64,000 bases of DNA from Chiloscyllium plagiosum. Its lineage: Eukaryota. The notes under the pieces were generated by a model. It searched no databases. It saw only the letters and a list, made by a program, of their open reading frames with translations, and was not told the DNA's origin. Position numbers and translations under genes: made by a program. Positions within the stretch are counted from its first letter, which is position 1. The number at the start of each line of letters is the position of its first letter. The stretch is taken from assembly GCF_004010195.1 (NCBI RefSeq), contig NC_057746.1, forward strand, positions 13,413,058-13,477,057, in the 5' to 3' direction. Of this stretch, positions 1 through 13,100 are shown piece by piece.

Positions 1-464
1 ACAATGGACCCAGCAATGACCAGACTATCTGATCCATTTTATGTGAGATTTCTGCAGTGTCATGGTAATATCATTCATAACCCCAGATTGAGAATAGTGA
101 GCAGTTGACTCTCGGGTCTTGATAATTGACTGGTCAACACTGGCTAACAATGACATCAGTGTTGCTTGTAATCATTGTAACACGAATGTATAAAAATATT
201 ATATTGAGCAAGGGAACCCAGCCTCACAGACATCTGACCTGAGCTGTTATTAAGAGAGTAACTGCGTCCAATGTGAATTTCAGATTCGGCGTGGTGTCTG
301 GCCTCTCCCACATATGTGGCAGAAGACCTCTGAAAAAAGATAATTTGTACTCCACAACACAGAACTCAAGACTCCTCTTTGTTATTTATCCCTACAACAC
401 AGGCACAACACAAGCAGGAATGATGATGGAATATTAATTCCAAAGAAGAATCATGGGACTGAAA

Positions 465-700
465 TCACCACCACCTGCAAGTTCCCCTCCAAGCAACTCA
501 CCATCCTGACTTGGAAATGTTCCTTCAATGTCGCTGAGTTAAAATCCTGGAATTCCCTCCTGAATGGTATTGTGCTTCAACCCACAGCAGGTGGACTGCA
601 GTGGTTCAAGAATGCAGTTCACCAAGACCTTCTCCAAGATAACTAGAGACAGCAATAATTGCTGGTCAGTCAGCCATGCTCATATCCCGTGAACGATTAA
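465..700 (+). mobile_element. 3' end of a CR1/L2-group LINE
   Basis: caccacctgcaagttcccctcc...tcctggaattccctcc...gcaataattgctgg...catatcccgtgaacga; the same tail recurs at ~56060-56285 and inverted at ~59465-59600. Confidence 0.6.
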
Positions 701-769
701 AAGAATATGTTAACTCTGTTTCTGTCTCTGAAGATGCTGCTAAACTTCTCTCTAGCAAGTTCTGTCTTT

Positions 770-1310
770 ATTATGAATGGGATGCTGTTCTTCATTGCAA
801 GAAATTTAACATAAAAATAAGGATGTTATGATTCTGTCATCTAAATCATGGGTGACACCCCATCTTTAAAATTGTTTGTAGAGATGTAAATGTGTTGGGG
901 ACACTTCAGAGGGGGTTTAATATATTGATACCCGAATAGAATTCCTTGTTTCATGAGAATAGTTAGGGCAGGTTGGACTTGTTTTCAATGAAATTTGGAA
1001 CAGCAGTGGGTGACTTCATTGAAGTGTATAAAGATCCCAAAAAATCTTAACAGAATGGAAAGGATATTTTCTCTTAATTGTGTCTGGAACTAGGTTTGAA
1101 AATTAGTCATTTCCCTGTCAGGACAAAGATGAGTTGTTTTTTTCTTTCTCAGATGGTTGTGCAGTTTTAGAACAATCTGCCTCAGGTAATTTGGCAAGTT
1201 GGGTGAGAAAATATTTTTAGTAGAGGTAGACAGCTTTTTTAGGAAAGGGAAGCAAAGGGCATCAGTGTAGATTGGGAAATAATGGCATAGAAGGAAGGTC
1301 ACTAGATTAT
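770..1310 (+). mobile_element. Degraded CR1 3' ORF2 fragment
   Basis: Colinear with the 3' parts of younger CR1 copies in the window. Confidence 0.6.
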
Positions 1311-1319
1311 TGCAGAAAC

Positions 1320-1640
1320 CAATTGTAATGTTCTGGGGTACATAGCTAAATATCTCACCATGGCAGCTCATGAACTTTGAATCCAATATTGAAACCAAAT
1401 CAACAATTGAAAGCTAGCCTAACAGTGGTGATGCAATCACGATTGACTCTTGTAAAAATTGATTGATTTACCTGATGTCCTTTAGGGAAGGAAATTTGCT
1501 GTCCTAACCTCGTCTGACCGACATATCTCTCCAGACCCATAGCAAGGTGATTAAATCTAAACTGCCCTCTGGGTAATTAGGGATGGGCAATCAATGCTGC
1601 CCTAGCCATTGATGCCCACATCCCATGAATAAATATTGAA
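1320..1640 (+). mobile_element. SINE with LINE-derived 3' tail
   Basis: gtaatgttctgggg...caccatggcag...tcctttagggaaggaaat...gatgggcaatcaatgctg...gatgcccacatcccatgaat; tail shared with the LINE end at 465-700; a related head lies at 14461-14595. Confidence 0.6.
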
Positions 1641-2249
1641 ATAGTTTGGAAAGTAGAAATTGAAGCAGCCATGATATTATTGAATGGTTTTGAGGATTCA
1701 AAAGGCCAATAGCCCGCATAATGTTAACAAATATGTTATCCTTATTGGACTTTATTGTGAAATAATCATGATTGTGTTCAAAATGATACCAAGAACCAAT
1801 TTAAGATCGTTAGTTGGCTGATGATGTGGTACTTACACTCATTAGAATCCACATTTATTAGTGCACAGAGCCCCGTTCTTTCCAGACAGAAAGAATGTCA
1901 CGTACTCTACTATCTGTTTCAACAAAATAGATGAAAGCTATTCTTTAGTTTATTCATCAGAGTAAGGCTTTGATGAAAGAGAATCAATCTATTTGATTTA
2001 TATTTCAACAAAGCTTGGCTGTTAACTCTCAGTCGTCATTAAATTTGTGCATTTTCAAATAGCAACAACTTTACTCATCAGAATCCACCTGCTAACCCTC
2101 TCCATAAAGCATTTCAATGTTTTCCCCATTTTCATTGGTATTCCTGAAAATTATTCTGATAATTTTAAGACAAAAGCTTATCCATGTAACTGCTCTTAAC
2201 AATATTAAAAAAGTTCTTCTGTAGTCACAATGAAAGGATTATCAATTGC

Positions 2250-3725
2250 TATACAAACCCATGGCGCTCATTAAACCCATCTTGGGTAAGGGATCAAGGT
2301 GTCTGCTAACTTCTGCTGGTTTAGCCTACAAATAATTCTGAGCATCTAGCTCTGGGAATGGCTCTGAATTACCACTTGAAATGACCTAACAAGCTACCTA
2401 AAATCCAGAACAAAATTTGGAGGAAGTAATAAAATTGGATGTGACATCTTAGGTTGAATTGGGCAGCAGAAATTACAATTTTGAATCCAGCTGTATTCAC
2501 ACTACAAAGTCCTCCTTACTAATATCTGGGGATTTGTGCCAAAATTGGGAGAGCTGTCTCAGAGACTGGTCAAGCATCAGCCTTCTATAGTCTCACTAAT
2601 GGAATCATACCTCATGGACAATACCCCAAGCACCACCATTACAGTGCCCAGTAGTCCAAATTCACTGTGAGGACAGGTGTGCAAGAGTGGCAGCATTGTG
2701 TAATACAATGGGTCGAAATTCCATTAAAAACCCATTCCAGATCTGCTGAAGTATCATGGTGTAAATTAAAACAAGAGCAGGAAAATGTCCTGCAGATTGC
2801 CACCAACCACTGAGGAATCAATGCTCCTCCATGTTGAAAGCAATTCCATGAAGCACTAAGAGTCACAAGAACATGGAATGACCATCAATGTTGAACACTA
2901 AGAGTGGACCAGTAATACAACAACGTACATAAACTGACCAAGTCTTAAAAGACATAATTTTCACAAGTGGTGAGGAAGCTACCAAAGTGAAACAAGAACT
3001 TATTTAATCTCATTCTCACAAACCTACCTGTCACATATGCATCTGAGCATAATAACTTTGAAATGAGTGGCACTGTGCACTCATTATGGAGATGAAGTCC
3101 CATCTTTGCTTTGAGAGTATCCACCCTAGTGTTTTTTTTTGCATGACCACCAGGCTAACGGGGACAAACTTTGAACATATCTAGCAACTCCACACTGCAA
3201 ATCCATGAAGAACTGCAAACCATCAAGAACAACGGAATTATTTGAAACACATTCTCTGAAACCTCATGTCTCGCATATCTCCCATTCTAAAACTGCTTCC
3301 AGACAGGAGATTCACCATGGTTTAATGAGGAATGTAGGGAGGAAGTTGAGGTACACGTAAAGATGAGGTGTCAACCTGGTGAATTTGCAAGACATGACTA
3401 CTTAGATGTCAGACAGCTGAAGTAAGACACTATAGACAAAGCAAGGCTCTCTCAAAACTAATTGATCAGATGCAAGCTCTGCCATCCTGCCACACCCAGT
3501 CATGACTAGTAGTGACAATTAAACAACTAACATGGAGGGGAGATTTGACAAATATTGCCACCCTCATTTCCAAGGAAGCCCAGCACACTAGTGCAAAAAC
3601 TGGCTGAAGTATTTCCATAAATATTTAGCTAAAAAGATTGAGTGGATGATCTGTATTGGTTTCCTACTGAGTTCCCACCTCACAAATGTCTGTCTTCAAC
3701 TAACTTGGTTCACTGTATGTGACAT
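2250..3725 (+). mobile_element. Degraded 5' half of a non-LTR retrotransposon (APE endonuclease region)
   Basis: LLTNIWGFVPKLGELSQRLVKHQPSIVSLMESYL at ~2512-2613 resembles an APE N-terminus; many disablements downstream. Confidence 0.65.
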
Positions 3726-3739
3726 CAATAAAAAAAAAG

Positions 3740-6147
3740 CAAAATCAATGCCTCTCGTACATCGGATGGATCAGTTTTTGTCCAATGTGTGCAGGAGGGT
3801 TTCCTGACACAGTATGTCGAAGGGTTAGCAAGAGGGGAGGCCACACTGGGTCTGGTGTTTGATAATGAACCAAGACAGGTGTTTGATTTAGTAATAGGTG
3901 TGCAATTTAGAGAAAGTGACCATAATTCCATTACATTTAGTTTAGCGATGGAAAAGGATATGTACATGCCACAGAGCAAGAATTATCGATGGGGGAAGGA
4001 CAATTATAATGCAATTAGGCAAGACTTAGGATGCATAAAATAGGGTAACAAAATGCAGGCGATGGGGATAATCGAAATGTGGAGCTGGTTTAAGGAACAG
4101 GAATTGCGTGTCCTTGATAGGTATGTCCCTGTCAGGCAGGGAGCAAGTGACAGGCAAGGGAACCGTGGTTTACTATAGAAATTGCATCTCTTGTTAAGTG
4201 GAAGAAGGAGGCTTATGTGATGATGGGACGAGATGGTTCAAATCAAGTGATGGAGAGTTACAGATTAGATAGAAAGGATTTAAAGAGAGAGTTAAGAATA
4301 GCAAAGAGAGGACATGAGCAGTCCTTCGCAGGAAGAATAAAGGCGAACCCTAAAGCTTTCTATAGGCATGTGAGGAATAAAAGGATGACTAGGGTAAGAA
4401 TAGGGCAGTCAAGATAGATGTGGGAAGTTGTGTGTGCACCCTGTGGAGATTGGAGAGGTGCTAAATGAATATTTCTCATTGGTTTTCACTAAGGAAAAGG
4501 AGAATATTTTAGAGGAGAAGAATGAGATACAAGATATTAGATGAGAAAGGATCTAGGTTAGTAAGGAAGAGGTATTATCAATTCTAGAAGCAGTGAAAAT
4601 AGGTCCCATGGGCCAGATGCGATTTATCTGAGGATTATCTGGGAAACTAGGGAGGAGGCGTTGGAACCTTTGACTTTGATCTTTGAGTCATCATTGTCTA
4701 CATGTTTAGTACTAAAGGAATGGAGGATTGCAAATGTGCCATTCTTCAAGAAGGACAATACAGATGACCCAGGAAGTTACAGACCAGTGAGCCTCACATG
4801 TATTCTCGGAAAAATTGTAGAAAGGATTATGAGAGATAGGATTTATAATCATCTAGCAAGCAAGAATTTGATTACAGATAGTCAACATGGTTTCATCAAG
4901 GGCAGGCCATGTCTCACAAACGTCATTGAGTTTTTTGAGAAAGTGACCAAGAATGGATGAGGATAGGGCTGTTGATGTGTTGCATATGGACTTCAGTAAG
5001 GCCTTTGATAAATGGTAGGCTGTTAGAGAAAATGCAGAAGCATGGGATTGTGGGTAATTTAGCAGTTTGGATGAGAAACTGGATTTCTGTAAGAAGGTAG
5101 CAAGTGGTGGTTGATGAAAAATATTCAGCCTGGAGTCTGGTTACTCATGGTGTGCCACAAGGATCTGCTTTGGGACTACTGCTCTTTGTCATTTTTATAA
5201 ATGACTTAGATGCAGGCATAGGTGGATGGATTAGTAAGTTTGCAGATGACTCGAAAGTCAGTGGAGTAGTGGACAGTGTCGAAGAATGTTGCAGGTTGCA
5301 GGGCGACTTGGTTAAACTACAGAATTATACTGAGAGGTGGCAAATTGAGTTCAATGCAGATAAATGTGAGGTGATATACTTTGAGAAGAATAACCGAAAG
5401 GTAGAATAATGGGTCAATGGAAAAATTCTTGTTAGTGTGGATATTCAAAGGGATTTTGGAGTCCATGTAGATAGATCCCTGAATGTTGTCACCCAGGTTA
5501 ATAGTGCTGCTAAGAAGGCATATGGTGTGTTAGTTTTTTTTGGTAGAGGAGAAAGTGAGGGCTGCAGATGCTGGAGATCAGAGCTGAAAATGTATTGCTG
5601 GAAAAGCGCAGCAGGTCAGGCAGCATCCAAGGAACAGGAGAATCGATGTTTCGGGCATAAGCCCTTCTTCAGGTAGAGGGATCGCATTCTGGAGCCTTAA
5701 TGTCATGCTACAACGCTAGTGTGTCCCCAGTTGGAATATTATGTACAGTTCTGGTTGCCCCATTACAGGAAGGATGTGGAAGCATTGGAAAAGGTGCAGA
5801 GGAGATTTACCAGGATGTTGCTTGGTCTGGAGTGAAGATCTTATGAGGAAGGGCTGAAAGATTTGGGTCTGTTTCATTAGAAAGTTGAAGGCTAAGAGGG
5901 GATTTGATAGAGACATACAAGATGATCTGAGGATTAGATAGGGTAGAGAGTGAAAGTCTTTTCCCTCGGATGATGACGTCAGCTTGTATAAGGGGGTATC
6001 GCTACAATTTGAGGGGTGATAGGTTTAAGACAGATGTCAGAAGCAGGTTCTTTACTCAGAGAGTGGTAAGGGTGTGGAATGCCCTGCCTGCCAATGTAGT
6101 TAACTCAGTCACATTAGGGAGATTTAAACATCCCTTGGAAAAGCACA
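3740..6147 (+). mobile_element. CR1 LINE ORF2 (APE end, RT, C-terminus), disrupted
   Basis: ORF fragments FLTQYV..ATLGLV, YRPVSLT, SQHGF.KGR.CLTN, GVPQGSALG.LLFVIFINDL, SKFADD, RFFTQRVVRVWNALP. Confidence 0.95.
5550..5673 (-). mobile_element. Solo Penelope terminal repeat (family A) with minimal hammerhead motif, inserted in CR1
   Basis: Flanked by ggtagagg duplication (5542-5549 / 5672-5679); minus strand CTGAAGA-A-GGGC-TTAT-GCCC-GAAA-CATC. Confidence 0.8.
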
Positions 6148-6355
6148 TGGTCTCTTTGTTCAGCAACACTCCCTGGACCTTTCCATTAAGTGTATAAATC
6201 CTGCTAAGATTTGCTTTCCCAAAATGCAGCACCTCGCATTTATCTGAATTAAACTCCATCTACCACTTCTCAGCCCATTGGCCCATCTGATCAAGATCCT
6301 GTTGTAATCTGATGTAACTCTCTTCGCTGTCCAGTACACCTCCAATTTTGGTGTC
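6147..6355 (-). mobile_element. CR1 RT fragment, inverted
   Basis: MEFNSDKCEVLHFGKANLSR on the minus strand. Confidence 0.9.
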
Positions 6356-8150
6356 AATTCTCAGCAGTATTTAGTGTGGAGAAAGACATGAAAATTGGGG
6401 AATTCAGGGAAGTAAATAATGATGATGTCTTGAAAAGAGTCCACATTACAGAAGAGATAGTGCTGGGAACCTTGAAATATGTGACTTTTGATAAAACCAT
6501 GGGACCTGATGATGTATACCGTAAGGTATTGTGGGAAGCAAGGGAAGAAATAGCAGGACCTCTAGCAGAGGTAATATTGTCATCAACAGCCACAGGCAAG
6601 ATGCTAGAAGTCTGATTGGAGGCTAATGCTAGATTACTTAAGAAAGCCTGCAAGTCAAAGCCAGTGATCTACAGAGCAATTAACCTAATGTTAGTGGTGG
6701 ATAAGTTGTTGGAGGGTATTCTCAGCACCAGGGTTTGCATGCACTTGGGAAGGCAAGAACTAGTTAGGGATAATAAGCATGGTTTGTGTATAGGAAGACT
6801 TGGCTCACATATTTGAGACTTTTGAAAAGGTTATCAAGATGATACATGAGGGCCATATGGTACACATTGTATGCATGCACTTTAGCAAGGCCTCCATCAA
6901 GACACTACACACTAGACAGGCTAATAAGATTAGATCACATTAGATTCAGGGAGACCTAGTCATTTGGATAAAAATTGGCTTTTTGGCAGGAGACAGAGAG
7001 TGGTGGTAAAGGGTTGTTTTTCAGATCAGAAGCCTGTGACTAGTGATGTTCCGTAAGGATCATTGCTGGTTCCAGGACAGGACTTACACTGCTAATGGTA
7101 GGGAACTGTGGAGTTTTGTCAAACAGAGAGTTCCTTGAAAGTGGTGTCACAGGTAGACAGGGTGGCAAAGAAGCTGTTTGACATGCTTGCCTTCACCATT
7201 GAGAGCACTGAGTACAGGAGTTGGGACACCACGCTGTAGCTGTACAAAACATTGATGACACCATATTTGCTTACTGTACGGAATTCTATTTGCCCAGTTA
7301 TAGGCAAATTTTATGAAATGGAAAAGTATTAAAAAAAAGATTGACAAGAATGTTGTCAAGACTGGAAGGTTTGAGTTATAAGGAGAGACTTGATTGACTG
7401 GGACCTTTTTCCTTGGAGTGCAGGTGGCTGAGGGGTGGCCTTAAAGATGTGTAAAAGATCATGAGGGGCATGGATAAGATGAATAGCCAAGGTCTTTTCC
7501 CCCAGAATAGAAGAGTCCAAAACGTGAGGGCATATGTATTGAGTACAAGAGTTGAGAGTCACATTGCGGCTGTACAGGACATTGGTTCGGCCACTGTTGG
7601 AATATTGCATGCAATTCTGGTCTCCTTCCTATCAGAAAGATGTTGTGAAACTCGAAAGGGTTCAGAAAAGATTTACAAGGATGTTGCCAGGTTTGGAGGA
7701 CTTGAGCTATAGGGAGAGGCTGAACAGGCTGGGGCTATTTTCGCTGGAGCGTCAGAGGCTGAGGGTTGACCTTAGAGAGGTTTATAAAATCACGAGGGGC
7801 ATGGATAGGGTAAATAGGCAAAGTCTTTTCCCTGGGGTCGGGGAGTCCAGAACTAGAGGAAATAGATTTAGGGTGAGAGGGGATAGATGTAAAAGAGACC
7901 TACGGGACAACATTTTCACAAGAGGGTGGTACATGTATGGAATGAGTTGCCAGAGGAAGTGGTGGAGGCTGGTACAATTGCAACATTTAAGAGGCATTTG
8001 GATGGGTATATGAATAGGAAGGGTTTGGAGGGATATGGGCCGGGTGCTGGCAGGTGGGACTAGATTGGGTTGGGATATCTAGTCGGCATGGATGGGTTGA
8101 ACCGAAGGATCTGTTTCCATGCTGTACATCTCTATGACTCCATGAGTCTA
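6356..8150 (+). mobile_element. Two adjacent CR1 fragments; the younger 3' end (7534-8150) has a CTATGACT-type tail
   Basis: GPDDVYRKVLWEAREEIAGPL; LYRTLVRPLLEYCMQFWSP...LERVQKRFTRMLPG; tail ctctatgactccatgagtcta. Confidence 0.9.
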
Positions 8151-8456
8151 TTTAGGATTTCATCCATCTTCTCTAGCTCCAGATAGAGAAAAATTCTGAA
8201 TCTTTAAGGGGGTCTGTACAGTTCATTGTTCATCTTTAACATCACAGGCTTGCTTGAATGCTTTATTTTTTAGCACATTATTAGTTCTAATAGTAATGCT
8301 TTGAAATATCTGGAGGTGCAAAAAATAATATCCTAGACTAGCTTACAAACAAATTCATCAAATAATATGGAACAGTTCCATGAACTTAATTTCATTGCGT
8401 ATCTGGGTGATATGAAAAAAGAAAAAATGCTTTACAAGAAGTATTGCCAACCAAGG

Positions 8457-8878
8457 AAGTACTAACCCTCTGACTTCCTGAGTACTGACCCTCTAACAGT
8501 GCAGCACTTCCTCAGTACTGAGGCTCTCACAATGTGGCACAGCTTCAGTACTGACCCTCTAACTGTGCAGCATCTCCTCTTTAATGACCCTCTGACAGAG
8601 CGGCAGTCCCTCAGTACTGACTCTCCGACAATACAGTACTTCCTCAGTACCGACCCTCTGACAGCGCAGCATTCCCTCAGTACTGACCCTCCAACTGTGT
8701 GGCACTCCCTTAGTGCTGTACCCTTGATAGTGCAACAATCAGTACTGACACTCTGACAGTGCAGCTCTCCCTCAAAACTGCCCCTCTGGTAGTGCAGGCA
8801 GTCCCTCAGTATTGACCCTCTGACATTGAAGCACTCCCTCAGTATTGACCCTCTGACAGTGCCACACTCCCTCAGTAC
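8457..8878. repeat. 33-bp minisatellite, about 13 units, consensus CAGTACTGACCCTCTGACAGTGCAGCACTCCCT
   Basis: Direct tandem repeats; explains the 11-aa periodic ORF 8499-8756. Further units at 10145-10166 and 14398-14455. Confidence 0.95.
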
Positions 8879-8882
8879 TCGG

Positions 8883-10142
8883 CAAAAGTGAGGATTGCAG
8901 ATGCTGGAAACCAGAGTTTAGATCAGACAGGTGCTGGAGAAACACGGCAGGTCAGGCAGCATCCAAGGAGCAGGAACATCAATGTTTCGGGCAAAAACCC
9001 TTCATCAGGAATAGAGGCAGGAAGCCTCCAGGGTGGAGAGATAAATGGGGGCTGTGGGGCTGGGGAGAAGGTAGCAAAGAGTACAATAGGTGAATGGGGG
9101 TGGGGATGGAGGAGATAGGTCAGAGGGGAGGGTGGAGTGGATAGGTGGAAAGGGAGATTGGCAGGGAGGACAGGTCATGAGGACAGTGCTGAGCTGGGAT
9201 ACATGTTATGTCTAAAGATGAAAAACTATGAAATATTACAACAGTGCAAAATATTAGAGTGATCCAAAATACCATGTGGGTGAGAGTTAAGAAGGTTCTA
9301 CCTTACGCAGTAGAAAAGAAGGTAGACATCACTGAAGAAATGCTAACTGATTGATCAAACTATTGTTTGACCCTATCCAATCTACACACCTGGACAAGCC
9401 ACATGCAGTTTTAATTCCAGCTGTATTGAAACAGTTAAGTACACTTTCACAATTTCAAGTACCACTCAGGAAAATGCAATTAGAACTGGATATGCAGGTG
9501 AAGCAGAATATTGTATCATAACAGCCTTGAAAGGCCAGAAGTCACAACATTAGATTATAGTCCAATGCATTTTTTTGCAATCACAAAATGTCGGCGGATG
9601 ATGCGGTTTATGCGAAGGTTGGTAGGGTGGAAAGTGCGGACCGGGGGGCGGGCGGGGGAGGGGTTCTGTCCTTGTTACGATTGGAGGGGTAAGGTTTGAA
9701 GTCGGAGGGACGGGATGTGTATGAAATGCGTTGGAGGGCATCTTCAACCATGTGAGAAGGGTAATTGCAATCTCTAAAGAAGGAGGCCATCTGGTGTGCT
9801 CTGTGGTGGAACTGGTCCTCCTGGGAGCAGATACAGCAGAGGCGGAGGAATTAAGCATACAGGATTGCATTTTTGCAGGAGATAGGGTGGGAAGAGGTGT
9901 TACCCAGGTAGATGTGGGTGTCGGTGGGTTTGTAAAAAATGTCAGTGTCAAGTCGGTCGTCATTAATGGAGATGGAGACGTCCAGGAAAAGGAGGGAGGT
10001 GTCAGAGATGGTCTAGGTGAATTTAAGGTCGGGGTGGAATGTGTTGGTGAAGTTGATGAACTGCTCAACCTCCTCACAGGAGCACGAGGTGGCGCCAATG
10101 CAGTCATCAATGTAGCGGAGGAAGAGGTGGGGAGTGATGCCG
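8883..10142 (-). mobile_element. Penelope-like element fragments (RT segment plus family A terminal repeat)
   Basis: LFLRYIDDCIGATSCS.EEVEQFINFTNTFHPDLKFT (PLE-type RT) ending near 10013; terminal repeat at 8883-9010 with CTGATGA-A-GGGT-TTTT-GCCC-GAAA; ~9200-9570 is unrelated intervening sequence. Confidence 0.88.
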
Positions 10143-10169
10143 GTCTCAGTACTGACCCTCTGACAGGGT

Positions 10170-13100
10170 AGAATGGATGTGATTCCCTTATTATTAAGAA
10201 ATGAAGTTAACTCAACAGTAAGCAATGATGTAGGGTCGGATGGTGTAGAATTTGTGAGGGTAGAAATGAGAATCTGCAAAGATGAAAAAACACATTTGGA
10301 GTTATGTACAGGCCTCCCTTAGGAGCTGTGCCTCAAGGTACATGAGCAGATAGAAAAGATGTGTAGGAAAGGCAAAGTTACAGTGATCATGGGGGATTTG
10401 AATATGAAGGTGGAATGGGAAAGTCAAGTTGGTAGTGGATTGCAAGAAAAGGAATTTGTGGAATGTCAACTAGATGGCTTTTTGGAGCAGCTTATTGTGA
10501 AGCCCACTTGGAAATAGGCAATACTGGATTTAGTGTTATGCAACAAGGCAGACATGATAAGGAAGCTTAAGGTGAAGGAACCCTTAGGAGGCAGTGATTA
10601 TAATATGATTCAATTTAATCTGCAGTTTGAGAGGGTGAACATAAAACAGAGGTAATAATTTTACCGCTTAATTTAAGGCATGAGGAGGAACTGGGTAGAA
10701 TTGACTGGGACAGGAGTCAAGCAGGAAATACAATGGAAATACAGTGGAAATACAGTGGAAAAGCAATGGCAGGAATTTCTAGGAGTAATTCAGGAGACAC
10801 AGCAGAGATTCATCTCGAGGAAAAAGAAGCATAGTGCAGGGAGGCTGAGGCAACCACGGCTGATTAGGGAAGTCAGGGAAGAATAACAGCAAAAAGAGAA
10901 AGCACATTGGGCAAGTTGTTGGAGAGAATCCTGAGGGATGGGATGTACATGTATTTGGAAAGGCAAGTAAATATTAGGGAGAGTCAACATGGCTTTGTGC
11001 ATGCGAAATCATGTCTCACAAACTTGATTGAGTTTTCTGAAGAAGTAACAAAGAGGATTGATGTGGGCAGAGTGGTAGATGTGATCTATATGGACTTCAG
11101 TAAGGCGTTCGACAAAGTTTCCCATGGGACACTGATTAGCAAGGTTAGATCTCACGGAATACAGGGAGAAGTAGCCATTTGCATACAGAACTGACTCAAA
11201 GGCAGAAGATAGGGTGGTGGTGGAGCGTTGTTTTTCAGACTGGAGGCCTATGACCAAGGATCAGTGCTGGTCCTCTACTTTTTGTCATTTACATAATAAT
11301 GTGGATGTGAGCATAAGAGGTACAGTTAGTAAGTTTGCAGATGACACCAAAATTGGAGATGTAGTGGACAGCGAAGAAGGTTATTTCAGATTACAACAGG
11401 ATCTTCACTAGATGGGCCAATGGGCTGCGAAGTGGCAGATTGAGTTTAATTCAGATAAATGTGAGGTGCTGAATTTTGGGAATGCAAATCTTAGCAGGAC
11501 TTATACACCTTATAGTAAGGTCATAGGGAGGGTTGCAGTACAAAGACACCTTGGAGTGCAGGTTCATAACTCCTTGAAAGTGGAGTCGCAGGTAGATAGG
11601 ATAGTGAAGAAGGCGTTTGGTATGCTTTCTTTTATTGGTCAGAGTATTGAGTACAGGAGTTGGCAGGTCATATTGTGGCTGTACAGGACATTGGTTAGGC
11701 CATTGTTGAATATTGCGTGCAATTCTGGTCTCCTTCCTATCGGAAATATGTTGTGAAACCGGAAAGGATTTAGAAAAGTTTTACAAGGATATTGCCAGGG
11801 TTGGAGGATTTGAGCTATATGGAGAGGCTGAACAGGCTGGGGTTTTTTTTCCCTGGAGCATTGGAGGTTGAGGGGTGACCTTACAGAGGTTTACAAAATT
11901 ATGACAGGCATGGATAGGATAAATAGACAAAGTCTTTTCCCTGGGTTGGGGAGTCCAGAACTAGAGGGCATAGGTTTAGAGTGAGAGGGGAAAGATATAA
12001 AAGAGATCTATGGGGCAACAAAGTCAGCATGGTTTCATCAAGGGGAGGTCATACTTGACAAACATATTAGAATTCATTAAGGAGGTAATGAGCAGGTCCG
12101 ACCAAGGAGAGCCAATGCATGTTTTCTACCTGAACTTCAAGAAGGCCTTTGACAAGGTGTCACACAGGAAGCTACTGAGTGAGATGAGGGTCATGGTGTT
12201 CAAGGCAAGGCGCTCACTTGGATAGAAACTTGGCTGTCTGGCTAAAAGCAGAGAGTGGGGATAAAAGGGTCCTTCTTAGGATGGCAGTCAGAGAGAAGTG
12301 ATGTTCCACACGGCTCAGTGTTGGAACACAACATTTCACTTTATACATTAATAGAGTCAGAGATGTACAACATAGAAACAGATTCTTCAGTCCAACTCGA
12401 TCATGCTGACCAGATATCCTAACCTAATCTAGTCCCATTTGCCAGCACTTGGCCCATATCTGTCTAAATCTTTCCTATTCATATATCCATCCAGATACCT
12501 TTCAAATGCTGTAATTGTACCAGCCTCCACCACTTCTCCTGGCAGCTCATTCCATATACGCATCACCCTCTGCGTGAAAATGTTGCTCCTTAGGTCTCTT
12601 TTATATATTTCTCCAGTCAGCCCGAACCTATACCCTCCATTCTGAACTCCCCCAATCCAGGGAAAAGACCTTGCCTATTTACCCCTATCCATGCCCCTCA
12701 TGATTTAATAAACCTCCATAAGGTCACCCCTCAGCCTCCAACACTCCTGAGAAAACAGCCCCAGCCAATTCAGCCTCTCTCAATCGCACAAATCCTCTAA
12801 CGCTGGCAACATCTTTGTAAATCTTTTCTGAATCCTTTCAAGTTTTATAACATCCTTCCGATAGGAAGGAGACCAATATTCCAACAGTGGCCTAACTAAT
12901 GTCCTGTACAGTCGCAACATGATCTCCCAACTCCTCTCCTCAATACTCGGACCAATAAAGGAGAGCATAACAAACGCCTTCTTCATTATCTTATCTATCA
13001 GCAACTCTACTTTCAAGGAGCTATGAGCCTGCACTCCAAGGTCTCTTTGTTCAGCAACACTTCCTAGGACCTTGCTATTACGTGTCCAAGCCCAGCTATG

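Noticed and set aside
1-400. Possible LTR 3' part (TATA-like gtataaaa, ends ...acaaca)
   Set aside because: Truncated by the window edge, with no second copy or TSD to support it.
1837-1913. 77-nt minus-strand segment with good acceptor and GTAAGT donor
   Set aside because: Stops in all three frames; not a class II TM or cytoplasmic exon; no partner exons found.
8457-8878. CRISPR-like or repeat-protein reading of the 33-bp array
   Set aside because: Units are contiguous with no unique spacers, the context is eukaryotic, and the periodic ORF is a by-product of the 33-bp unit length.
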